Source: an uncultured Dehalococcoidales bacterium
GTDB lineage: Bacteria > Chloroflexota > Dehalococcoidia > GIF9 > UBA5629
Assembly (NCBI GenBank): GCA_964582065.1
Contig: CAZOQG010000003.1
Location: 1-42,250, forward strand
Length of the DNA stretch: 42,250 bases
Reading direction: 5' to 3'
Each line of letters opens with the position of its first letter. Position 1 is the stretch's first letter. A program made the translations under genes and the position numbers. Positions 1-8,082 of the stretch are shown in pieces. The notes beneath the pieces are model-generated. The model saw only the letters and a list, made by a program, of their open reading frames with translations, was not told where the DNA came from and did not search any database.

Positions 1-651
1 GCTCTCAAGCTATGTCATTCTGAAAGTGAGCTACCAGAGAAGGTCAGGATGCCAGTGCGTGACCTGGGATATCAGGTTACCCTGTGTCAGGCGGTTGGAC
101 TAGCAAGACGCTTCCGGTGGGTGCTGGCCGTCGGAAGTAGTGACCAGTGTTGTCTCGGCGGAGCCCTGGCAATGGGCTTCATTGCCAGACCACCTGAAGG
201 GTCAGTGTTTCAAGCCCAGCCCGAGAAGCAGCTTGAAGCTGGGAAATTTAGCCACTTGCTGATAGCACCCATCACGATAGCTGACTTCGAGCCGGACATG
301 GTCGTCATCTATTGCGACCCCGCCCAAGGGAATAGATTGGTGCAGGCAATGACCATGGGTGCTGGCCCGGGGGTTTCCGCCATTGCTCCTGGAGGCATGA
401 GCTGTGGTGACGTTGCAGGCCGGACAACTCTCAGTGACAAATGTCAGTTCATCCTGCCCGGCGGCGGTGATCGGGTCTTTGGCGGAACGCAAGACCACGA
501 GGTGGTACTCACCATACCGAAAAGCAAGCTGGAGGCAGTGCTCAAAGGTCTAGAGGATACGCATAAGCTCGGCTTCAGATATCCGGTAATGGCCGATTTG
601 AGGCATCAGCCGGCGCTTGCGCCCTTCCTGGAGATGCCGAAAGGCGCTTGA
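1..651 (+). CDS. DUF169-family protein, 5'-truncated by window edge
   Basis: Frame is open from base 1 (ALKLCHSESELPEKVRM...). Pattern CQA...C..G...PD.V.IYC.PAQ...CGD...GDR.F is typical of DUF169. Confidence 0.7.
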   Translation, partial: ALKLCHSESELPEKVRMPVRDLGYQVTLCQAVGLARRFRWVLAVGSSDQCCLGGALAMGFIARPPEGSVFQAQPEKQLEAGKFSHLLIAPITIADFEPDMVVIYCDPAQGNRLVQAMTMGAGPGVSAIAPGGMSCGDVAGRTTLSDKCQFILPGGGDRVFGGTQDHEVVLTIPKSKLEAVLKGLEDTHKLGFRYPVMADLRHQPALAPFLEMPKGA

Positions 652-712
652 GCCGCGACTATACCTCACTTGTCCAGCTTGTTATCGTCAACGCCACAGT
701 AGCTGACATTAA

Positions 713-745
713 CTAACCCACTCGCTCCAAGTACGAGTGGGTTAG
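713..745. repeat. Perfect 12-bp inverted repeat (hairpin)
   Basis: CTAACCCACTCG-N9-CGAGTGGGTTAG, with no following U-tract. Confidence 0.75.
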
Positions 746-767
746 GAGGCAAAGGAGATAGAAAGCG

Positions 768-1898
768 ATGTCACTAAGCGAGGATATAAAAGATTTCGGC
801 CTTGATTTGGGTTACAGCAAGGTAGGCATTACCCCAGCCGACAGCTTTCCCACCTACATTGCGGAACTCAAGTCCAGGTATGAGATGTATGCCTTTCACA
901 TTGAGGGCTCTTTCCAGCCCTTGAAAGGCGCTGACCCCAAGAGCATCATGCCGTCAGCCAAGTCCATTGTAGCGGTGGTCTATGATGGCTCCAAGGAGGC
1001 TTTCCCTGAGAAGCTCGTTGGCAAGATAGGCCGCCTCTACCAGGCAAGGTGTTACCTGACCCCCCGCGACCGCATCAACGGGGCTCGACGTCAATTGATG
1101 CGGCAATTCCTGGAGAAAAACGGGTGCGAAGTCGCCCAACGACTGGTTGTTCCCGAACGGCTATCGGCGGCGCGAGCTGGGATTGTCACCTACGGAAAGA
1201 ACACCTTTGCCTTCGCTGACGGCATAGGGTCGTTCATCCTCATGACCGCCTTCGTAGTCGACGTCGAGCTTGACTATGACGAGCCCACTATAAGAGAAGA
1301 CTGCCCGCCTAAATGCACCGCCTGCATCGATGCCTGCCCCACCGGTGCCTTATACGAGCCGTTGAAAATGGACCCGCGCCGCTGCATCGCCTACAACTGC
1401 TTCATGACCATTGACGGCTGGCCGGCCACCAGTAGCTACATTCCACCTGACATCAGAGACAAGATGGGCTCCTGGATTCACGGCTGCGATATCTGTCAGG
1501 AGATATGCCCCAGAAATCAGAAGCGGCTCAAGGCAAAACTGCCAGAAAACGAGTTTCTGGTGAAAGCAGCACAGGATTTCGAGCTAACCAAGCTTCTCAA
1601 TCTCACCGACGAGTTCTACGCCAAGACAGTCCAACCGCTGATGTACAACTACATCAGAGAGAAGAAATATTTCCAGAGAAATGCCGCAATTGCGCTGGGG
1701 AATACTGGCGATCCGGCTTTCATCCCTGACCTTGCCCAGGCAATGCAGGATTCGGAAGAGCTGGTGCGGGGCTACGCTGCCTGGGCGCTGGGAAAGATTG
1801 GGGGCAGCCAGGCCAAACAGGTACTGGAGGCCAGTCTGACACGTGAAACAACTGACTCGGCTAGAAAGGAAATCGAGGCGGCCCTGCTTGCCGCCTGA
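768..1898 (+). CDS. Epoxyqueuosine reductase (QueG)-like 2x[4Fe-4S] protein with C-terminal HEAT-like repeats, divergent
   Basis: CPPKCTACIDACP, DPRRCIAY and HGCDICQEICP; ERLSAARAG...GKN; RNAAIALGN and VRGYAAWALG HEAT tail; AAGGAG RBS. Confidence 0.8.
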   Translation: MSLSEDIKDFGLDLGYSKVGITPADSFPTYIAELKSRYEMYAFHIEGSFQPLKGADPKSIMPSAKSIVAVVYDGSKEAFPEKLVGKIGRLYQARCYLTPRDRINGARRQLMRQFLEKNGCEVAQRLVVPERLSAARAGIVTYGKNTFAFADGIGSFILMTAFVVDVELDYDEPTIREDCPPKCTACIDACPTGALYEPLKMDPRRCIAYNCFMTIDGWPATSSYIPPDIRDKMGSWIHGCDICQEICPRNQKRLKAKLPENEFLVKAAQDFELTKLLNLTDEFYAKTVQPLMYNYIREKKYFQRNAAIALGNTGDPAFIPDLAQAMQDSEELVRGYAAWALGKIGGSQAKQVLEASLTRETTDSARKEIEAALLAA

Positions 1899-1968
1899 GC
1901 TAGCCAGTTACCTTATGTCAAGAAGTACCCACATGTACTACCTGGAGACGGCATAAGAGAGGTGAACC

Positions 1969-2865
1969 ATGCCAGTTATCCGCACACCAGACGAACGTTT
2001 TGACAACCTGCCCGGTTATCCCTTCGCGCCACACTACGCTGAGGTCAACGGAATGCGCGTGCACTACGTGGACGAAGGCGAGGGAGAAATTATCCTCTGC
2101 CTGCACGGTGAACCGAGTTGGTCTTTCTTGTACCGCAAGATGATTCCACCCCTAGCGGCCAACCATCGTGTCATCGCCATGGATTTCATCGGCTTCGGTA
2201 AATCAGACAAGTTCACTGAGCGCGAAGCATATTCGTTCCAGATGCACCACGATACACTGGTGGGTTTCATAGAGGCGCTGGTGCTTGACCGCATCACACT
2301 CGTCGGGCAGGACTGGGGCGGAGAGATTGGTCTGCCGGTTGCAACCGAGATGCCACAGCGGTTTGCTAGGCTGGTCATCATGAATACCGGCCTGCCCACC
2401 GGCGATGAACCGATGGGCGAGGGATTTTTGAGGTGGCGACAGTTCGCCGAAACAACGCCTGACATGTCCATCGGGCGTGTCATACGCACCAGTGCCGTAC
2501 ATCCTGACAGCATTCCACCGGAAGTCATCGCCGCGTACGACGCCCCATTTCCCGATGCCTCTTACAAGGCCGGTGCTGCGGCGTGGCCTCTCCTTGTACC
2601 CATTCACCCTAACGACCCCGGTGCCGCTGAGATGCGGCAGGCTCGGCAGGTTCTGTCCAAATGTGACAAGCCAGTCCTGGTGATGTTCTCTGACGGCGAT
2701 CCTGTTACACGAGGCGGTGACAAATTCTTCCGTCGGCTCATACCTACGGCCAAAGACCAGCCTGAAATTGTGATTAAGGGTGCCGGTCACTTTCTCCAAG
2801 AGGAAAAGGGTGAGGAAATCGCCGGGCACATCTTGGACTTCATCGATCGAACCCCAATGGCCTAA
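1969..2865 (+). CDS. Haloalkane dehalogenase (HLD-I-like alpha/beta hydrolase)
   Basis: RTPDERF..LP.YPF N-terminus, [14 protein letters not shown], nucleophile QDWGG, FSDGDP acid, GAGHFLQEE base. Confidence 0.88.
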   Translation: MPVIRTPDERFDNLPGYPFAPHYAEVNGMRVHYVDEGEGEIILCLHGEPSWSFLYRKMIPPLAANHRVIAMDFIGFGKSDKFTEREAYSFQMHHDTLVGFIEALVLDRITLVGQDWGGEIGLPVATEMPQRFARLVIMNTGLPTGDEPMGEGFLRWRQFAETTPDMSIGRVIRTSAVHPDSIPPEVIAAYDAPFPDASYKAGAAAWPLLVPIHPNDPGAAEMRQARQVLSKCDKPVLVMFSDGDPVTRGGDKFFRRLIPTAKDQPEIVIKGAGHFLQEEKGEEIAGHILDFIDRTPMA

Positions 2866-2934
2866 TCCTGCCCCAGTAGTCTCCCTCCATCCAATACGGG
2901 CCGCTCAGGATTTTTTGTGGCACTTCGACGGGGA

Positions 2935-2963
2935 TTGACGGCCAGCAGCCACAGAGGTACCAT
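2935..2963 (+). promoter_or_regulatory. Putative sigma70 promoter
   Basis: TTGACG-N17-TACCAT upstream of the CoA ligase. Confidence 0.5.
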
Positions 2964-3041
2964 TGGTCTCGAAAGCAATGATAGTGTTTGCCCATCGTCA
3001 TTACCGAGTGGAATCGGAGACGTCGGCTTCAAGGAGGGACT

Positions 3042-4640
3042 ATGAACATCGGCAGCCTTATCGAGGATAACGTTAAGAGGTTCGGCGAATACGAGTCCGT
3101 CCACTTCGAAGGGAAGTGGTACACGAATGCTGAAATCAATCGGAACGCCAACCGCCTGGGCAACGCACTGAAGGCCCTCGGCATTGGCAAGGGTGACCGA
3201 GTGGCGGTACAGATGCCCAACAGCCCGCCGGTGTTCTCAGCCTTCCCGGCCATATACAAGATAGGGGCTGTCGTTGTGCCACTGAATCCGCTGCTGCGGC
3301 CCGACCAGGCCGCCTACGTATATCGCGACTGCGGGGCAAAAGCCATCCTGACCAGCACAGATTACCTGGGCTGGATTCGAGAGGCACAGAGAGATGCCCC
3401 CGACCTGAAGCATATCATCTTGACAGATGGGGACGATGTTCCCGGCACCATCTCCTATCGGAAGCTGACGTCGGATAGCTCGGATGAACTGGTGCTGGAA
3501 GAGACCGATAACGATGACCTGGCGGCTCTCATATACACCGCAGGCACCACCGGTCAGCCCAAGGGGGTCATGCACACCCATTATTCCCTCTACATCAACG
3601 CCCTGGCATTCTACGAGTTCCTTCTGGTTCATCGCCCGGTGACCTTGCGCCTAAGCAGCCAGGCCATAGACGCCAAAACGCTTCAACCCATTGAGGTAGT
3701 GGAAGAGGTTACGGGTATCAGCCGGATTGGGGTCGGCCTGGGTGTGCTGCCTCTATCTCACTCGTATGGCATCGCGTTCATGAATTTAGGCTACCTTGTA
3801 GGAGGAAGGTCGGTCGTGCTCAAGTGGTGGAATGTTGAAGAGGCACTAAAGACCATAGAGACCTGTCGGGTTGCTCACATGGCCGCAGTCCCCACGATGT
3901 ATATCCAGATGTTGAATTACCCTGACCTGGACAAGTACGACCTGAGTTCACTGGAGAACTGTACCTCGGGTGCAGCACCACTCCCAGTAGAAGTTGCCCA
4001 AGCCTGGAAGCGGAGGACGGGGAGCGACATAAGAGAAGGCTGGGGCTTAACCGAGACGGGAGCTACTACTTCAGGAGCGCCGGCGGGGCTTCCACCGAAG
4101 TACGGCTCCATCGGTCAGTGCTTGTTGAAGTGCAACGCCATTAAGGTGTTCAACGAGAACGGTGGCGAGTTCCCGCAGGGCCAGGTGGGTGAGCTCGTAG
4201 TCAAAGGCCCCACACTGATGAAGGGCTACTGGAATCTCCCCGAAGAGACGGCCAAGACCATCAGGGACGGCTGGCTCTACACCGGCGACATAGGGTATGT
4301 GGATGCCGACGGCTACTTCTACATCACCGACCGCAAGAAGGATATCATCATCAGGGGCGGGGAGAATCTGTCACCAAGAGAGGTGGAGGAGGTTCTCCAC
4401 CAGCATCCCAAGGTAGCCGAAGCCGGAGTTATCGGCATCCCCGACGAAGTGTATGGCGAGGAGATAAAGGCCTTCGTGGCTCTCAAAGCCGGTAAGCAGG
4501 CTGGTGAAGAGGAGATAATTGCCTTTTGCAAGGAACGCCTGCCCACCTTCAAGACACCGAAGACTGTTCAGTTCATGGAGGCACTGCCAAAGAATCTTTT
4601 GGGCAAGGTACTGAGAGCAGAACTGCGCAAGCTGGGCTAG
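3042..4640 (+). CDS. Long-chain-fatty-acid--CoA ligase family (AMP-forming)
   Basis: ATG 3042 after AAGGAGG; motifs YTAGTTGQPKG, GWGLTE, TGDIG, DRKKDIIIRGGEN, LPKNLLGKV. Confidence 0.9.
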   Translation: MNIGSLIEDNVKRFGEYESVHFEGKWYTNAEINRNANRLGNALKALGIGKGDRVAVQMPNSPPVFSAFPAIYKIGAVVVPLNPLLRPDQAAYVYRDCGAKAILTSTDYLGWIREAQRDAPDLKHIILTDGDDVPGTISYRKLTSDSSDELVLEETDNDDLAALIYTAGTTGQPKGVMHTHYSLYINALAFYEFLLVHRPVTLRLSSQAIDAKTLQPIEVVEEVTGISRIGVGLGVLPLSHSYGIAFMNLGYLVGGRSVVLKWWNVEEALKTIETCRVAHMAAVPTMYIQMLNYPDLDKYDLSSLENCTSGAAPLPVEVAQAWKRRTGSDIREGWGLTETGATTSGAPAGLPPKYGSIGQCLLKCNAIKVFNENGGEFPQGQVGELVVKGPTLMKGYWNLPEETAKTIRDGWLYTGDIGYVDADGYFYITDRKKDIIIRGGENLSPREVEEVLHQHPKVAEAGVIGIPDEVYGEEIKAFVALKAGKQAGEEEIIAFCKERLPTFKTPKTVQFMEALPKNLLGKVLRAELRKLG

Positions 4641-4784
4641 TTACCACGAGCAAGGTCGGCCTGACTTCTTCTGAGTGACATACTTAGCCGCGGTTCCAAA
4701 TTGCGCGGTTGGCCGAGCTGTGCCGACAGGGCGGTTGCAAGCCGCTCGCAAGGGGATTTCTTCAACACCCGAGTGACAAACAAA

Positions 4785-4793
4785 TGGTATAAT
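4785..4793 (+). promoter_or_regulatory. Putative extended -10 promoter
   Basis: TGgTATAAT about 185 nt upstream of the 4979 start. Confidence 0.45.
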
Positions 4794-4978
4794 AATGGCC
4801 ACAATGGCGAGAACGCTCATAAGCGCTGCCCGTCCTTGTTTCAGTGGTGAACAGGGAAAGCGTGGAAAAGCGGCGAGATGTTGTATCCTCCTTCAATACA
4901 ATGTCTTCGAGCGAGACGATACTGTGAAGAACTCATCCAAAATAGACTGATGTAAAACAAAAGGAGGCAGGAAAAACA

Positions 4979-7627
4979 ATGAAAGATTATGATGTCGTGG
5001 TGGTGGGTGCTGGCCTGGGAGGTCTTTCCGCTGCGACCTTTCTCGCCAAGGCAGGGAAAAAAGTGTTAGTTCTGGAAAAAAATAACGTTCCTGGGGGATA
5101 TGCTTCGTCCTTCACCCGAGGACGCTTCGAGTTCGAGATCGCCCTGCACGAGCTTTCCGGGTTGGGAACCGAGGCCAATCAAGGGCCTGCTCGCAGGATA
5201 TTGAACCAATGTGGGGTGGCACAAAAGGTAGAGTTTATCCCCATCCCCGATTTCTATCGTGGCGTACTTCCCGACGTGGATATCATCATACCTTTAGGAC
5301 GTCAAAACTTCGAGGAGGTCCTGTGTAGTCAATTTCCTGCGGATGCCGAGGGGCTAAAGCGCTTCTGCTCCACCATGTTCAATTTTGCTGAGGAGGCATT
5401 GAAGGCAAATCGTGTGGGGATGAAGAGGGTTATGGAGGAGCCCTCTCAATTCCCTACTCTGCTGGCCAACTTTGGCCGTAGCCTGAGCGAAGTGCTCAAT
5501 CCGGAGGTATCTGACAAAAAAGCGCGCGCGGTGATTGGCCAGATTTGCGGCTACTACGGCCAACCTCCGTCGAAGCTCTCCTTTATGACCTACGCTTTGG
5601 GAACGATGAGTTATCTCAAGTTTGGGCCGGCACACATAAAGGGGAAGTCGCACGCGCTATCTCAAGCCTTCGTTGACACCATTGAGGAGTACGGCGGAGA
5701 GGTGTGGTTAAACAACGGAGCGGCACGCATTCTCACTTCCGGCGGCAAGTTGCGGGGCGTGGTGGCCGAGGACGGCACGGAGGTCATCAGCCCATACGTG
5801 GTATGCAACGCCAACCCTATGATAACCTGTCTTGACCTCATCGGAAGGGAAGAGGTCCCCGATTGGTATCTAAGGCGCCTGGGGGCATGGTCTGGAGGTG
5901 TATCCACCATAAACGTCTATCTCGGCCTCGACTGCCCCTACACAGATCTTGGTCTGAAGACACATGAAACTTTTGTCAACCTGGGATATGACCTGGATAG
6001 ACAGTATGAGTTGGCGAGAACTGACATCAGTCTTGCTCCTGATGGAGCAGGGGTAACAGCCTACAACGTGGTAGACGAGGGATTCTCTCCTCCGGGCACT
6101 TCAGTGGTGGTCCTGACTCTGATAGCCTACGCTGACCCCTGGCTGAAGCTTCCCCCCTCTCAATATATGGAAACGAAGAATCTGCTGGCAGACAAGGTCA
6201 TCGATCTTGCGGAAAGAGTGGCACCGGGTCTGAGAGACCACATTGAGGTATTGGAGGTCGCCACCCCTCTGACCAATATACGGTATACGGGAAACCTCGG
6301 AGGCAGCATCATCGGATTTGATGAAAACTACCAGGGAACGGGGCAGACGCATCTGCCCAACCGCGGACCACTGGAAGGACTATATTTTGCCAATGCCTGG
6401 GTGAATCTCGGTGGGGGATATGAGACATGTATGTTCTCCGGGCATCAGGCTTCAAAGGAAGTGCTGGAGGATATGGAGCGAGGCGGCAGGGACGTAGTCG
6501 TAATGGAGAAGTTAAAAAGTCGACTCGATGAGCAGGCCAAAGACGCGGATGAGGTGAAGGATATCCCATTCCGCCGGGCTAAAGAGACTATATCGAAATT
6601 GCACCCCGAACGCATCTCTCTGAAAGTAAAGGAGATAATCGAGGAGACTCCGACCACGAAGACCCTGAGGATGGTAGCAGAGAACGGAACACTGCCCTAT
6701 TTCAGAGCCGGCCAATACGTCAATTTGTTCGTCAACATCGATGGAGTCTTAACCTCCCGTCCTTACAGCATTTCATCCCCTCCTGGGAAGCCCTATTATG
6801 ATTTCACCGTGCGCCGAATGGAGGCAGGTTTCGTCTCACATTATCTTTTGGACCGTGTGAAGCCAGGCGATGCCTTCCAATCTACCGGGCCCAACGGGAG
6901 CTTTTACTATGAACCACTCATGGACTCTTCTGACCTGGTCTTTCTTGCTGGCGGAAGCGGCATAACTCCCGTCGCATCCATCATCAGGGAGGTGGCGGAG
7001 AAAGGACTGCCTTTGAATATTCACCTTCTCTACGGCAGCCGGAACCCGGCAGATATCATCTATGAAAAGGAACTAAAAGAGCTTGCGGCAAGGCATCAAA
7101 ACATAAGGGTGGACTTTGTCATCAGCGAGCCTCCAGAGGGATGGCAGGAACCTTGCGGCTTCCTGGACACAGCGATGATATCCTCGCTAGTAGGCTCAGT
7201 CAAGGGCAAGACCTTCTTGCTGTGTGGTCCTGAACAGATGTACATCTTGTGCGAGGAGGCACTCAAGACACTGGGCATACCTTTGAGGCGCACAAAGAAA
7301 GAGGTTTACGGGCCGCCAGCAGACGTCACCTCAGAACCCGGCTGGCCGGGAATCCCCCCTGATACAGAGTTCGAAGTCACCGAAGAGAGATCAGGGCGTA
7401 CCTTAAAGGCCAAGGCCGGAGAACCACTGATGATATCGCTTGAGCGTGCAGGGATAGTGGTCCCCGCTCTGTGCCGGTCGGGAGAGTGCACTACCTGCCG
7501 CACGCGGCTTGTTTCAGGCAAGGTGTTCGCTCCGGCTCGGGTACACCGGCGCTGGTCAGATGAGAAAGCAGGCTATATTCATCCGTGCATGAGCTACCCA
7601 TTGGAGAACCTGCGTATTCGGCTCTGA
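4979..7627 (+). CDS. Phytoene-dehydrogenase-like FAD oxidoreductase fused to FNR-type FAD/NAD(P) reductase and [2Fe-2S] ferredoxin domains
   Basis: N-terminal VVGAGLGGL...VLEK...PGGY and ATPLT..RYTGN; then RPYSISS, GGSGITP, LCGP; C-terminal CRSGECTTC...HPC; AAGGAGG RBS. Confidence 0.88.
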   Translation: MKDYDVVVVGAGLGGLSAATFLAKAGKKVLVLEKNNVPGGYASSFTRGRFEFEIALHELSGLGTEANQGPARRILNQCGVAQKVEFIPIPDFYRGVLPDVDIIIPLGRQNFEEVLCSQFPADAEGLKRFCSTMFNFAEEALKANRVGMKRVMEEPSQFPTLLANFGRSLSEVLNPEVSDKKARAVIGQICGYYGQPPSKLSFMTYALGTMSYLKFGPAHIKGKSHALSQAFVDTIEEYGGEVWLNNGAARILTSGGKLRGVVAEDGTEVISPYVVCNANPMITCLDLIGREEVPDWYLRRLGAWSGGVSTINVYLGLDCPYTDLGLKTHETFVNLGYDLDRQYELARTDISLAPDGAGVTAYNVVDEGFSPPGTSVVVLTLIAYADPWLKLPPSQYMETKNLLADKVIDLAERVAPGLRDHIEVLEVATPLTNIRYTGNLGGSIIGFDENYQGTGQTHLPNRGPLEGLYFANAWVNLGGGYETCMFSGHQASKEVLEDMERGGRDVVVMEKLKSRLDEQAKDADEVKDIPFRRAKETISKLHPERISLKVKEIIEETPTTKTLRMVAENGTLPYFRAGQYVNLFVNIDGVLTSRPYSISSPPGKPYYDFTVRRMEAGFVSHYLLDRVKPGDAFQSTGPNGSFYYEPLMDSSDLVFLAGGSGITPVASIIREVAEKGLPLNIHLLYGSRNPADIIYEKELKELAARHQNIRVDFVISEPPEGWQEPCGFLDTAMISSLVGSVKGKTFLLCGPEQMYILCEEALKTLGIPLRRTKKEVYGPPADVTSEPGWPGIPPDTEFEVTEERSGRTLKAKAGEPLMISLERAGIVVPALCRSGECTTCRTRLVSGKVFAPARVHRRWSDEKAGYIHPCMSYPLENLRIRL

Positions 7628-7715
7628 AGGAGTGGACACCGTTCTCCAAGACCCACTACAAATTCAAACACGTTTTCAGCAGTGTGACGGGAGTTGGATA
7701 TGGCAGAAATATTAC

Positions 7716-7792
7716 TGGCGACCCCGATCGGATTCGAACCGACGATCTCCACCGTGACAGGGTGGCATGTTAGACCGCTACACCACGGGGCC
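7716..7792 (-). tRNA. tRNA-Asp(GTC)
   Basis: Reverse complement GGCCCCGTGGTGTAGCGGTCTAACATGCCACCCT-GTC-ACGGTGGAGATCGTCGGTTCGAATCCGATCGGGGTCGCCA forms a full cloverleaf with encoded CCA. Confidence 0.97.
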
Positions 7793-7840
7793 GCACTTAC
7801 GAAAGGCCCAAACTTTTCTTGGGCAACCTGGACCTCCAAA

Positions 7841-7870
7841 AGTCTATCAATATGACCTCTATCGTGTCAA
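7841..7870 (-). promoter_or_regulatory. Putative tRNA-Asp promoter
   Basis: Minus strand TTGACA-N18-TAGACT with TG extension. Confidence 0.55.
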
Positions 7871-8082
7871 GCCGAGTAGCCCATCTATCAGGCAGCTCAT
7901 GACCAAATGCCAGTTCTCCTCATCAGAGGTCAGTATTGATTGATTTTCTGGCCCGATTACTATAAGCTACATGTGCAACACTAGCATGTCAAGAACAGCA
8001 ATTGCTTCGCACTCGCCTGAACCTTATTTTCAATGCGATTGATTAGTCTGGGCTTCGTTGCCAAGATGACAGGAGGACAAAG

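Noticed and set aside
768-1898. Respiratory reductive dehalogenase (rdhA) or confident queG
   Set aside because: No Tat signal or rdhB anchor, and the HEAT tail is QueG-like; but the QueG DYH/VDT motifs are absent, so neither symbol is assigned.
1969-4640. OleB/OleC olefin biosynthesis pair
   Set aside because: The hydrolase has HLD-I motifs (HGEPSW, QDWGG) and no oleA or oleD is present.
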